From positions 49,354 through 113,353 of the forward strand of contig JAAXWW010000003.1 of NCBI GenBank assembly GCA_013334765.1: a DNA stretch of 64,000 bases. Direction: 5' to 3'. The stretch comes from Candidatus Moraniibacteriota bacterium (GTDB lineage: Bacteria > Patescibacteriota > Minisyncoccia > Moranbacterales > UBA2206). The notes beneath the pieces are model-generated. The model saw only the letters and a list, made by a program, of their open reading frames with translations. It had not been told where the DNA came from and searched no databases. Both the position numbers and the translations under genes were made by a program. Below, piece after piece: positions 28,589 to 38,833 of the stretch. Every line of letters begins with the position of its first letter. Position 1 is the stretch's first letter.

Positions 28589-29797
28589 TTATGGATAGAA
28601 GCTTTTTATGAGCTTGTTGTATTCCCTGACTTTCTGGTTATATGAATTTATCTTAGCATTATATGCCGAAACTTCCTTGCTATATGCATCCGCCTGGTCG
28701 TTATATTCCTTCGCCAGGCTGTTATACTTCTCATAATCCTTGTTTTTCTTGTATTTGTCCAGGCTGGTTTTCATGCTTTCCAGCTCTTCCTTGTCGGAGG
28801 CTATCCGCTGTTTTTCCAAAGCGAGCTGCTTGTCCATGCTTTGGATGTCGCTTTTCAGCTGAACGATCTTTTTTTCGGTCTTGAGCGTGGCGACGATTCC
28901 GCCATATGATTTGCCGGCTGTCTTGGCTAGGATGTTCGGATCGCCAAGGGCGGTCTGATTCCCGGCTTCCGCGCCGAAATATGGGATATCCTGGTTTGCT
29001 AACGGCTTGTTGCTGAGCGGGTCAAGATTCGGGACCAGCCCGATGATGTTTTCCGGCGCGGTCGTTTCGGCATAGCAGTATCCGCTGCCGTAGGTGGAAT
29101 ATTCATCGGGACACTGGATACCGATGGCCATGTGATGCGCATCGGGATATTCGAACAGCGCGACGCCATATCCCGCCTGCTTCAGAAGAAGATAGGCCAG
29201 GAAGCTCTTGTCCGAGCAGATGCCTTTTTTGTCAAAAAGGGTTTCGTATGGATAGCGCGGCAGATGGATTCCGTCCTGGTTTCCATAGCCGTCCGACAGA
29301 AGCTCTTTGGCTCCGGCGTCGTCATATGGAAGCGCTTGGACAAAAGCCAGGATGAGCTCAGCTGACTGGTCATCAGTCAGCTTGCTTTTCTGCGCCTGGG
29401 CGCGGATGGCATCGGCAAGCTCCGTTATGAATCTGTCATTCGGCAGGCCAGTGAGGAACATGCCAGCATATTGCTCTTCCCAATCGGTCGGGAGCGTTCC
29501 TTGATATTGGTATTGGCGCGGCAGGTTGTAATAGTAGTCGTAGAGGGATTGGTATAGGGTCAGATCTATGGAATATGACTGATTGCGATATTTCCAATCG
29601 AACGATTTTTCGGTGGGATCAGTGAGTTCGACGGTTTTATTTTCGACAACGGAAGAACGTTTTTTGAGCAAGGGAATATTAGTGATGCTATCAGAAAGGC
29701 GTTCTTTTATGTTCGGAGAAAAAACGATAGCAATGATTGCGATAGTAATCGAGATCCTTAATATTATTCTGAAAAATTTCCTGATGAGGATAGCCAT
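28589..29797 (-). CDS. Transglutaminase-like protein with C-terminal coiled coil
   Basis: FVQALPY, YPYETL, GICSDKS, HMAIGI, YAETT; N-terminal TM. Confidence 0.75.
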   Translation of the reverse strand: MAILIRKFFRIILRISITIAIIAIVFSPNIKERLSDSITNIPLLKKRSSVVENKTVELTDPTEKSFDWKYRNQSYSIDLTLYQSLYDYYYNLPRQYQYQGTLPTDWEEQYAGMFLTGLPNDRFITELADAIRAQAQKSKLTDDQSAELILAFVQALPYDDAGAKELLSDGYGNQDGIHLPRYPYETLFDKKGICSDKSFLAYLLLKQAGYGVALFEYPDAHHMAIGIQCPDEYSTYGSGYCYAETTAPENIIGLVPNLDPLSNKPLANQDIPYFGAEAGNQTALGDPNILAKTAGKSYGGIVATLKTEKKIVQLKSDIQSMDKQLALEKQRIASDKEELESMKTSLDKYKKNKDYEKYNSLAKEYNDQADAYSKEVSAYNAKINSYNQKVREYNKLIKSFYP

Positions 29798-29900
29798 GCT
29801 CCCTTAAAAAATGATTAACCGATAATCCAATGATAACAAAAATGGCGATGATTTGCCATAAAAACATCTGCCATCAATTCTGAAAAGCTATTATATTATA

Positions 29901-30719
29901 TCAATATCGCACTGTTCCTCTGATATTCTTCAATAAAAAAACGGAAGAAAAAATGGCAAGCATGACGAGGACTATGGTTCCGCCAGTTGAAAGGTTGAAA
30001 TAGAAAGAAGCGAAAATCCCTGAAACTACGGATAAGAGAGAGATGATCTCTGCATAAATGATTGTGTGAATGAAGCTTTTTCTGAATTGAAGCGCGGTTA
30101 TGACAGGAATGACGATAAGCGCCGAAATCAGGAGAACTCCGACAATCGGAATGGCTAGCGAAACTGTCATAGCAGCCAGGATTATGAGTATGGTGTTTAT
30201 GAGTCTGGTTGAGATGCCACTCACTTTGGCCGCCTCTTCGTCGAAGGTGACATAGACAAGCGGTTTATAGAAAACTGCCAGGATTGATATTACAATGACT
30301 GCTAGGATTGAAATTATGCGAACGTCCGAAGCTGTCACTGTCACGATGCTGCCGAAAAGATAGCTGAACAAACTAGAATTCAATCCATGTCCAAGACTCA
30401 GAATGACAACCGCCAGAGCGAGCGATCCGGAGAGGAAAAGCGCCAGCGCCGATTCGCCATAGACTTTTTTTGAAACTCTCAATTTCTCAACACCCAAAGA
30501 AGCGGCAACGGCTGTTGCAAGAGCGGTTAGGACTGGGTTTATTCCGAAAAAAATTCCAATTGCAATGCCTGCCAATGACACATGCGCCAATGTATCGGCG
30601 ATGAGTGAATAACGCCTCAGGACAAGAAATATTCCTATTGCGGGAGCAATGATGGCAACAAGGATGCCGGCTTCGAGCCCTCTTACTATGAAAGCATATT
30701 GAAAGATATTCTCAAACAT
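29901..30719 (-). CDS. znuB: Zn/Mn ABC transporter permease
   Basis: LRRYSLIADTLAHVSLAG, YLFGSI. Confidence 0.9.
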   Translation of the reverse strand: MFENIFQYAFIVRGLEAGILVAIIAPAIGIFLVLRRYSLIADTLAHVSLAGIAIGIFFGINPVLTALATAVAASLGVEKLRVSKKVYGESALALFLSGSLALAVVILSLGHGLNSSLFSYLFGSIVTVTASDVRIISILAVIVISILAVFYKPLVYVTFDEEAAKVSGISTRLINTILIILAAMTVSLAIPIVGVLLISALIVIPVITALQFRKSFIHTIIYAEIISLLSVVSGIFASFYFNLSTGGTIVLVMLAIFSSVFLLKNIRGTVRY

Positions 30720-31490
30720 TTAGTTATGGTGATGATGGGTTATGAATTTCACTTTGTTTCCAGCAATATCTGAAAGCTCGCTTTCTGCCAAATATTCTTC
30801 CGGTGAAATGTGGCATGTGAGGGTTTTATCGACACAGGCTATATGCATGACTTCGCGTGTCATCCGTTCTATGTCATGAGACACCAGAACAAGCGTTATG
30901 CCTATTTCCTTGTTCAATTTTTGGAGCAATGCATAAAAACCATCCTGCGTTTTTTTGTCTACGCCAGTCGTCGGTTCATCCAAAAAAATCACTTCCGGGT
31001 GGTTAGTGAGCGCGCGCGCAATGAAAACTCTCTGTTGCTGTCCGCCGGACAAATCTCCGATTAGCTTATCTTTGTGTTCCCACATTCCGACTTGATTGAG
31101 CGCATATTCGACCGCCTCTTTGTCTTCATGGGAAATTCTCTGAAATAATTTCTTGCTTCCATATCGCCCCATCATGACGACTTCATGAACGCTAATAGGA
31201 AAATTAGCATCAAAATTGACAGCTTTCTGAGGCACATAACCGATCTTGTGCCAGTCCTTGAAATTCCGGATATCCGAACTGAATAACTCCACCGTTCCTT
31301 TTTGGGGAGAGATGAGTCCGAGCATTGATTTGAGAAGCGTTGTTTTCCCTGAACCATTGGGTCCGACGATTCCGATATAGTCTCCCTGGTGGATCGCTAG
31401 GGTAACGTCTTCCAAAACATTATCTATCCCGTCATATGAAAAAGATAGACCTTTGACTTCGATGATGTTTTTAGTGTGATCTACTGGCAT
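30720..31490 (-). CDS. znuC: Zn/Mn ABC transporter ATPase
   Basis: GPNGSGKT, LSGGQQQR, LDEPT; His-rich tail. Confidence 0.9.
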   Translation of the reverse strand: MPVDHTKNIIEVKGLSFSYDGIDNVLEDVTLAIHQGDYIGIVGPNGSGKTTLLKSMLGLISPQKGTVELFSSDIRNFKDWHKIGYVPQKAVNFDANFPISVHEVVMMGRYGSKKLFQRISHEDKEAVEYALNQVGMWEHKDKLIGDLSGGQQQRVFIARALTNHPEVIFLDEPTTGVDKKTQDGFYALLQKLNKEIGITLVLVSHDIERMTREVMHIACVDKTLTCHISPEEYLAESELSDIAGNKVKFITHHHHN

Positions 31491-32410
31491 TGCAATGCTA
31501 TTTTTAGGTTGATAAGATTATCTCTCATGGCAGTCAGATAATTTTCTCCGTTGGCTATTTCTTCTTCGCTAAGGCCTTCCATCGGATTGAGAACGAGCGT
31601 TTTGGCGCCGACTTCTGAAGCGATCGTTTCGGAAAGCTTGGGACTGACTAGGCTCTCGAAAAATATGTATTTGACGTTGTTAGCTTTAGCGAAATTTGAG
31701 ATGTCTGCCAATTGCGATGGGGACGGCTCGGCATCCGGTGAAAGCCCAGCAATCGAAACCTGATTGAGTCCGTATTCTTTTGCCATATATCCGAACGCAG
31801 CATGAGAAGTGATAATATTTTTCTCGGAGCAATTACTTAATCCTTTTTTGTATTCTTGATCGAGATCCTCCAGATCTTTTTTGAGTTTATCAGCATTAGC
31901 TTGATAGTAGGCATCATTGGATGAATCAGCTGTTTTGAACCCTTGAGCAATCTTGTCGACCATCATCTTGGCTAGTGACGGCGCAAGCCAAACGTGCGGA
32001 TCGGTTCGCGCTTTTCCTTCCTCCATCATTTGCTCTGTGGTCAATCCTTCGCCCGCGAAGACTATTTTGGTTTTTTGGATATCGATATTTTTCTGAATAT
32101 CAGCTCCCCAGGCTTCAAGTCCTCCGCCGTTCAGGATGATGAGGTTGCTCTTTTCCATCCCTGCCATATCTTTGGCAGTCGGCTCATAGTCATGCGGCTC
32201 GGCGCCGGATGGCACGACATTCGCAACATTCGCCTTGTCGCCTCCGATCTGGGAAGCGAAGAAATAGAGCGGATAGAAACTGGCCGTCACTTGAATCTTC
32301 CCCGACTGAACTTTTTCGGAAGAATGTTTGATATTTCGATTAGCATAATAAACCACTCCGACAATTGCGATTAATAAAACTAGGAATGGGATAACCTTTC
32401 TTTTTTTCAT
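31481..32410 (-). CDS. znuA: Zn ABC transporter substrate-binding protein
   Basis: EPHDYEP, DPHVWL, HAAFGY. Confidence 0.9.
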   Translation of the reverse strand: MKKRKVIPFLVLLIAIVGVVYYANRNIKHSSEKVQSGKIQVTASFYPLYFFASQIGGDKANVANVVPSGAEPHDYEPTAKDMAGMEKSNLIILNGGGLEAWGADIQKNIDIQKTKIVFAGEGLTTEQMMEEGKARTDPHVWLAPSLAKMMVDKIAQGFKTADSSNDAYYQANADKLKKDLEDLDQEYKKGLSNCSEKNIITSHAAFGYMAKEYGLNQVSIAGLSPDAEPSPSQLADISNFAKANNVKYIFFESLVSPKLSETIASEVGAKTLVLNPMEGLSEEEIANGENYLTAMRDNLINLKIALQCQ

Positions 32411-32446
32411 ATTTGATAAGATAAAAAATTGATCCGTTATAAAAGG

Positions 32447-32857
32447 CTATATGCATTTTTCGCATAACCCGTAAAATTCTAGGGAATGTTCCAGAACTTT
32501 GAATTTTTCTTTGGCATAAATATCTTTTTCCTGCCGCTCCAGATGTCCTTCAAGAACGATTTCTTTGACACTGTTGCATTTTAGACAAACAAGATGATGG
32601 TGATGATCGCTGCAGATTTCATAATACATTTTGTGATCAGAAAACTGTATCTTCTTGATGATTTTTCTTTCCAGTAAAAAGAGCAATTCCCGATAGACAG
32701 TGGTTCGATCGGCTTTAATGTCCACTAAAGATAATCCTTCTTGGATTTCAGAAGATGTGATTGGTTTTTTCTCACCGACAAATATGCCAACCATTGCCTT
32801 GCGGATCTTGGTGAGACGGAATCCGTCTTTTTTTATTTTCTGAAGGATATTATCCAC
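32447..32857 (-). CDS. zur: Fur-family repressor (Zur)
   Basis: TTVYREL, HHHHLVCLKC, YGLCEKC; first gene of the znu operon; GTG start. Confidence 0.85.
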   Translation of the reverse strand: MDNILQKIKKDGFRLTKIRKAMVGIFVGEKKPITSSEIQEGLSLVDIKADRTTVYRELLFLLERKIIKKIQFSDHKMYYEICSDHHHHLVCLKCNSVKEIVLEGHLERQEKDIYAKEKFKVLEHSLEFYGLCEKCI

Positions 32858-32874
32858 GGGAAGATATAGTTATT

Positions 32875-32921
32875 TGCAACATTGTTGCATTAAATATACC
32901 ACGCCGGATCATCCATGTCAA
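32875..32921 (-). promoter_or_regulatory. Promoter plus putative Zur box
   Basis: TTGACA-17 nt-TATATT (32921-32893); perfect 7-1-7 palindrome TGCAACA-T-TGTTGCA at 32875-32889. Confidence 0.75.
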
Positions 32922-32926
32922 AAAGA

Positions 32927-35428
32927 TTAGAAATAGCCCCATACTTTATTAATGGAAAGATTCATTGAAATCAAGCTGTTTTCCAAAAACTGCGTTGCCC
33001 AATGTTTTTGATCATGACAATCGGTGAAACTGTATTGATTGCCTTCTGACATAATATTTCCATGAGCATGGATAAGATTGCCTATGTTTTCTGCTGTGCA
33101 CTCGTTCGGTTTTATGGATGTTCCATAGTTCAAAAGAGTAATCCTCCTTTTCTGTTGGTCTAAATTCATTGGGGAAATCTTTCCAGCAATTTCCAGAGTT
33201 TCAGAATCATCATTTTCGCTATCTGCATAGCTGTTGTTATCCTCTTCCTTCTTTTCCAGTTCTGGACCTTGTGCTTCTTCTTGATTATTTGTCACTTCAT
33301 CTTGCGCGACTGTTGGTTCGCTTCTTGGGTTTTCTGCCTCCGAAGCAGCCGTGTCATCAGCATCGTTCCCTGTTTTTATCCAATTCCACTGCCCGTTGAG
33401 CTTTTGATAAATCTCGCCTTTTTCAATATTGTCTTTGGCATATGAAATCTTGGCAGCCGCTTTGCCGCTCGGATATCTGAGTTCCAGATTTCCAGCTTTG
33501 TTGCCTAGTGAAAAAAGAGTATATTCCCGGGTCATCTTTTTCGTTTTCCCGGCATCGATTTCGAAATCGGAAAGGATGACATGATTAAGGAGAACGTTTT
33601 GCCCTGTCACCATCTTCCAGCCTACAAGATTCACTTTCTTCTTGGAATTGTTTTTTATTTCGATCCATTCCCCTCCTTCATCATCTTCAAGCGGATTTGG
33701 TGAAAGCCCGACTATCTCAAGCTTGAACGACGGATATTTCTTGACCTCGATTTTCATTTTTTTGGTCGTTTTTTCAATTCCGTTATCAACGGAAAATGTT
33801 ACGTCATATTTACCCTTCTTCAAATAGGTATGGTTGACCTCTTGAAGATAGCTTCTTTTTCCATCGCCGAAATCCCAAACGTATTTGAGTTCATCTTTGT
33901 GTTTGTCCCTTACTTCCGCTGAAAATAAAATAGGGAGACCAAGATAGGCATCTTTTATTTTTCCGATCTTTATTTTTGGCGCCGGATCGAACTTGTTTTT
34001 CTTTCCAGGAGTTTTCGAACTGCTCCATTTCCAATCATCGCCATCGAAACCCAAGGAAATATCCTTCTTGGCGCTCGTATAGTTCACTGAGGAAATCGTG
34101 TTGCCGTCTGGATCCATGAAGTATATCGTGTCGGAAGTTTTGAGAGCAAAACTGAAAAGTTTGCGGTAAACTGTCAGGTATCCGCCAGATTTCAAAACAT
34201 ATCCCTCTGGAAAAACGAATTTGGTCGTCTTGGCGTTATTCTTGAGCATCCAGTCTTTGAGGTTTATTTCAAAATCTTCTCCGTTATATATCTCGATATA
34301 CGAATCTTTGTTCTTTTCCCCTTTCGGATATGGCAACAGCTCATTAAGGCGGATGTCGTAGTCGCTGGATCCGGATGTTCCGGATTTTTCATCTTCCGAT
34401 TCGGTTTCATCGAATTTGTTATTTTCTCCGGGAGTAAGAATAGACGTCCAAACCCAAGCGCTGCCATCGAAACTGAATGAGAAGTTTTTATCCGCCCCGG
34501 TATACGAGGCTTGATCGATTTCCTTGTCTTGAGAGTCCAGAAGATGAACTGTTTGAGGCGATGAGTGATTCAAGCTGAAATTCCTTGTGAGTGCAAGCAA
34601 GTCACCAGGCTCGATTATTGTTCCAGCAGGAAAGATGTATTTGTGAATCCCGTTAGTTATTTTCCAATCTGAAATATCCATACATGCATCTCCGAAATTT
34701 CCAATTTCAATATATTGATTATCGCTCGATTCGGCATATGGAAAAATCTCATTCAATTTCACATTTTCAGAAGAAGTGGCACACTCGCTCAAATCGCCTC
34801 CCGGATCATCTCCATCACCTGCTTCATCACCACCTCCTTCCTTAACGCTGCTGGTATTTCTTGGCAAAGGCGAATCGTTCAGTAAAAAATCTGCCGAGTT
34901 GTCGTCACTGTCTTCAAAATCAATCCTTTCGATGCTTTGCTCTGCCGACGGTTTTGGGGCAGGAAATTCCTCAGCAAAAAGATATATTCCTGCACCATAT
35001 GCGACGCGGTCAACTATGGAAGTCCCGGAAACGCTATCATCACTTAGATATGATTGATTGTTCACCAAGAAAACGGTCCCGCCCGTACTGGACAATGACT
35101 GGCTCCAAGACATATCAAGCGGCACTGATCCGCTATATTCTGAAGAATTTCCGATCAGGAAATATCCGTGTGGTGGAATCTTATTTCCGGAAACGAAGTT
35201 CTTCCTGGAAAAAGATGCAGCGCTTCCTCCTCGATATTGAACCGACCAACTCTCGATACTAACAGCTGAATCTGTCGGGTTGTATAGCTCGATGAAATAT
35301 GCCGAGCCAGTCTTGATTTGGTTTATGATGACATGTTCACTATCGGCATTGCCAACCTCAAGAAAACTGAAAAATCCAAAGAGTGTGAAAAACGCGAAAA
35401 CGAAACCACCGATTATTTTTCTTTTCAT
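32927..35428 (-). CDS. Secreted multi-lamin-tail-domain (LTD) and PKD protein
   Basis: Four repeats of INE/LNE...IE(L/I)YN.....I..W; WDFGDG PKD motif; signal peptide. Confidence 0.85.
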   Translation of the reverse strand: MKRKIIGGFVFAFFTLFGFFSFLEVGNADSEHVIINQIKTGSAYFIELYNPTDSAVSIESWSVQYRGGSAASFSRKNFVSGNKIPPHGYFLIGNSSEYSGSVPLDMSWSQSLSSTGGTVFLVNNQSYLSDDSVSGTSIVDRVAYGAGIYLFAEEFPAPKPSAEQSIERIDFEDSDDNSADFLLNDSPLPRNTSSVKEGGGDEAGDGDDPGGDLSECATSSENVKLNEIFPYAESSDNQYIEIGNFGDACMDISDWKITNGIHKYIFPAGTIIEPGDLLALTRNFSLNHSSPQTVHLLDSQDKEIDQASYTGADKNFSFSFDGSAWVWTSILTPGENNKFDETESEDEKSGTSGSSDYDIRLNELLPYPKGEKNKDSYIEIYNGEDFEINLKDWMLKNNAKTTKFVFPEGYVLKSGGYLTVYRKLFSFALKTSDTIYFMDPDGNTISSVNYTSAKKDISLGFDGDDWKWSSSKTPGKKNKFDPAPKIKIGKIKDAYLGLPILFSAEVRDKHKDELKYVWDFGDGKRSYLQEVNHTYLKKGKYDVTFSVDNGIEKTTKKMKIEVKKYPSFKLEIVGLSPNPLEDDEGGEWIEIKNNSKKKVNLVGWKMVTGQNVLLNHVILSDFEIDAGKTKKMTREYTLFSLGNKAGNLELRYPSGKAAAKISYAKDNIEKGEIYQKLNGQWNWIKTGNDADDTAASEAENPRSEPTVAQDEVTNNQEEAQGPELEKKEEDNNSYADSENDDSETLEIAGKISPMNLDQQKRRITLLNYGTSIKPNECTAENIGNLIHAHGNIMSEGNQYSFTDCHDQKHWATQFLENSLISMNLSINKVWGYF

Positions 35429-35592
35429 TTATTCTTTTATTTTTTCATGTTATTAAATCAACAATAATCAAGATAACATTTTCAAAATAAGGAAAAATAA
35501 AATAAGGTTAAAAGAAAAATAAAAAACCTGCGTCCGCTATTGCAATGGCGCAGGTCTGACTGCCGAATGATAAATCTATTTTTTTGTTTTAC

Positions 35593-36570
35593 CTATTTCA
35601 AATATTTTTCAATATTGGCTTTGTGATCTTCGAATGTTGCGGCGCAATGGATCTGCCGGTCGCTGTCATGGAGATAATATAGGCAATCTGTCTCTTGGGA
35701 ATGCAGCACTGCGTCGATTGCGGCAAGCCCTGAATTGCAGATCGGATGAGGAGGCAAGCCTTTGTATTTGTATGTGTTGTATGGGGAATCGATATTGCCT
35801 ATGTCCGCCGATTTGATCGGCGCCCACCAACCGTCACCAGTGTTGCCGCGCGCATATTGGACAGTCGCGTCGATCTGAAGATTCATTCCTTGATTGAGGC
35901 GGTTCCAGAGTATTCCCGCAATAAGAGGCATGTCGTCTTTTCCTGCCGCTTCCCGCTGGATGAGAGACGCCATAGTGAGTCCGGTTGTCCATTTGATATT
36001 CTGCTGGGCGAACTGGGTGACATATGGAGCGAACTCTTCATCGAATCGCCTGCTCATCCGATTGGCAATATCCAGCCCGTTCTCGCTTTTGGGAATGAGA
36101 TATGTGTCAGGAAAATATGTCCCTTCGACATAATCGGCTTTCATTTTGGTATATACGGTGTTCCATTTTTCGAGATCTTCATCGCTCCAGCCGAATGTTT
36201 TTGCTAGAATTTCCCCGATCTGCTCTTTTCTGAAACCTTCGGGAATCACTACCCAATCCATATCAGGAGAAGATGCGATCTTTGCGGCTATCTGCCAGGC
36301 TGTCATATTTTTGGACAAGTAATAACCTCCGGACGATATCTGGTTGCGCTTCAAAAAAAGCATGGCCTTAAAGACTGATTTATTCTTGATCAACCCTTGT
36401 TTTTTCAATTTATCCAATGTTTGGGATTCCGTCTGATTCCGATTGATGATAAAGACGACTTTTTCCTCTTGAGATTGAGGCGCGGAAAAGAACGAGCGGT
36501 ATGCGACAAAAAAACAAACGGCGACAAGCAGCGATACTCCGACAATGATACTGATTTTTTTCTTATTCAT
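35593..36570 (-). CDS. mltG: Endolytic transglycosylase MltG
   Basis: IPEG, EGTYFPDTY, ASLIQREA, LQIDATVQY, SPYNTY, GLPP. Confidence 0.95.
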   Translation of the reverse strand: MNKKKISIIVGVSLLVAVCFFVAYRSFFSAPQSQEEKVVFIINRNQTESQTLDKLKKQGLIKNKSVFKAMLFLKRNQISSGGYYLSKNMTAWQIAAKIASSPDMDWVVIPEGFRKEQIGEILAKTFGWSDEDLEKWNTVYTKMKADYVEGTYFPDTYLIPKSENGLDIANRMSRRFDEEFAPYVTQFAQQNIKWTTGLTMASLIQREAAGKDDMPLIAGILWNRLNQGMNLQIDATVQYARGNTGDGWWAPIKSADIGNIDSPYNTYKYKGLPPHPICNSGLAAIDAVLHSQETDCLYYLHDSDRQIHCAATFEDHKANIEKYLK

Positions 36571-36613
36571 CTTTAGAGTTTCCCATAGTTGAACGAAAAA
36601 GGCAAAGTTTTGA

Positions 36614-38821
36614 TTACAAAGCCAGACGTGCGATAAGATAAGAGACTGTCGATTCGGCTCCTTGATTGAAATTGACTATTTTGTTCCCTACTCCATCATA
36701 GGAACCTCCCGTGGCATGGTCATAAACCACTTGACCCAAGATGTTGTTTCCCAGGAACCAGTTGAAAGCGCTGCGCATCAAAACTTCATATTCCCTGTCT
36801 CCGGATGTTTCGCGAGCCGCCTTGAGCGCTAGAACCAAAGCAGTGATTTCTTCCGGCTGCTGATCGAAAATCGCTTTTTCCTTTCCCCTTTCATACCAGC
36901 CGCCTTGTCCGATGGGAACGCATATATCCGCTTCGAAAGAATTGGCAACCAAAAAATCGAGCGTTGATTTGGCGACATTGAAATATCTTTGATTGCCGGT
37001 TATCTTATACGCTAGAAATAAAGCTTCCGGCATCACGCCGTTGGAATAGGTCAAAGCATTTTCGAACCACTGCCATTGAGGATGGCTGTTTTCCTGATAA
37101 AGGCAAACCAGATATTCGCAATATTTTTCCATGATTTTCTTGTATTTTTCATCATTGTCATAATCAAGCCAAGCGCTTATGGCTTTTATATAGAAAGCTG
37201 CTGTTCTCGGTTCGCGAATGACCATGTCCGCGTTGAATTTTTCCTTGAAAATCCCGGCAGCCTCATCCCTGATTTCTGACGGCATATTCTTTGAAGCTGC
37301 AACTACGGCTAGCGCATACATGCCGCGAGCATAGGCATCACCCAGGTCTTCCGTCGTGTTGCGCCCCACATGGAATGACTTGTCATGATTGATATAGTTG
37401 TTCCATCCTGGATAACTGAAAGCATACTTTATGAAGTCCAGATAAATCCTGGCCAGCTTCAGAGCTGTCGCTTCTTTCAATTTTTCATAGTGCTGCGTGA
37501 CGGCGATCAAAGCTCTTGCGTTATCATCAAGCGTATATCCTGACTCAGGATCCGGTTCGGTGAATTTGGCGAATTGGAACATTCCGAAATTGTCTGTAAG
37601 CTTCCTGAATTGTTTCAGCTTTATCTTTGGCAGGTTTTTTTCCTGAATCCTGAGTTCCGGAACTATCAGTTTGAATTTTTTCATATAGGCATGAGCGACA
37701 TTCTGCCAGGTCATATGGCGCGTCCTGATATAGGCGACTTTGCCCATTTCCGTGCGCAGCGCTTTATTTCGTAGAAGCTCGATGATTGCCTTGCTGATCA
37801 GCTGGGGGTTCCTGAACGCCACCAAGCGGCCCACATCATCAGTAACGTCTTCTTTGGCTTGAGCGAAGGCGGTAGAAATCACCGGACGTCCGGCTCCAAG
37901 CGCATAAGAAAGCGTCCCAGAAACTGCCTGATTAGGATCAAGGGATAGGGAAAGATATATGTCTGTAGCCCGTAAAAACCGCAATATTCTGGCAGTCAAA
38001 AAATATTTATTGTGAAAGACTACGTTCTTTTCAATGCCTAATTTGGAAACTAGCGCTTCAAGCTCGTTGCGATAGGCTTCGCCTTCTTTTTTCAGAATAA
38101 CTGGATGTGTCGCGCCGACGATATGATAGACTGCTCGGGGAAATTCTTTGACAACTTCAGCCATAGCTCCTATGGCATATTCGATACCCTTTCCCCTGTT
38201 CAGAAGACCGAAGGTTGTCAGCACCGTCTGACCTTTCAAACCAAGCGCTGTTTTTGCGGCAGAAGTGCTCTGATATTGGCTAGCATGTATCCCGTGCGGA
38301 ACCACGCTGATCTTCTCCGGATTGATGAGATAATCACTTATGAGTATTTTCCTGGATGTTTCAGTCATAACGAACATCGTCCTCACATAATCGTTTATGA
38401 CTTTTATCATCTTTTTCTGCTCCTCGAAAAACTGGCTGGATGGCGACACAACCGTGTGGAGTATGATCACGACGGGCTTTTTTATTTCCTGAAGTAAATA
38501 AAGCAGATCCGAACCGCTTTTCCCGCCATAAATTCCGAATTCATGCTGGATGCAGACAAGCTTGACTTGCGGCAAATCATTAAGCTTTTGTGCCGCTTTT
38601 ATATAATCCTCCTTTTTTTCCTGACGGATTCTTGCTATGACAGACTTGGAATATTCCTCATTCGATCCATTGAAATCCATAGCCACGATCTTCGATTCTT
38701 CTCTTGGAAGAAAAAGTTCATCGAACGTATCGATAAGATCTTTGGTGAAAGTAGCGATGCCGCATTCTCTTGGAGGAAAAGTCGACAAATGGACTATCCA
38801 CGAGCTATTTTTCTGTTTCAT
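36614..38821 (-). CDS. GT4 glycosyltransferase with C-terminal six-hairpin-like domain
   Basis: STFPPRECGIATF, IQHEFGIYG, GATHP; C-terminal YTLDDNARA, DQQP, NQGAEST. Confidence 0.85.
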   Translation of the reverse strand: MKQKNSSWIVHLSTFPPRECGIATFTKDLIDTFDELFLPREESKIVAMDFNGSNEEYSKSVIARIRQEKKEDYIKAAQKLNDLPQVKLVCIQHEFGIYGGKSGSDLLYLLQEIKKPVVIILHTVVSPSSQFFEEQKKMIKVINDYVRTMFVMTETSRKILISDYLINPEKISVVPHGIHASQYQSTSAAKTALGLKGQTVLTTFGLLNRGKGIEYAIGAMAEVVKEFPRAVYHIVGATHPVILKKEGEAYRNELEALVSKLGIEKNVVFHNKYFLTARILRFLRATDIYLSLSLDPNQAVSGTLSYALGAGRPVISTAFAQAKEDVTDDVGRLVAFRNPQLISKAIIELLRNKALRTEMGKVAYIRTRHMTWQNVAHAYMKKFKLIVPELRIQEKNLPKIKLKQFRKLTDNFGMFQFAKFTEPDPESGYTLDDNARALIAVTQHYEKLKEATALKLARIYLDFIKYAFSYPGWNNYINHDKSFHVGRNTTEDLGDAYARGMYALAVVAASKNMPSEIRDEAAGIFKEKFNADMVIREPRTAAFYIKAISAWLDYDNDEKYKKIMEKYCEYLVCLYQENSHPQWQWFENALTYSNGVMPEALFLAYKITGNQRYFNVAKSTLDFLVANSFEADICVPIGQGGWYERGKEKAIFDQQPEEITALVLALKAARETSGDREYEVLMRSAFNWFLGNNILGQVVYDHATGGSYDGVGNKIVNFNQGAESTVSYLIARLAL

Positions 38822-38833
38822 GATGGTTGGTAT

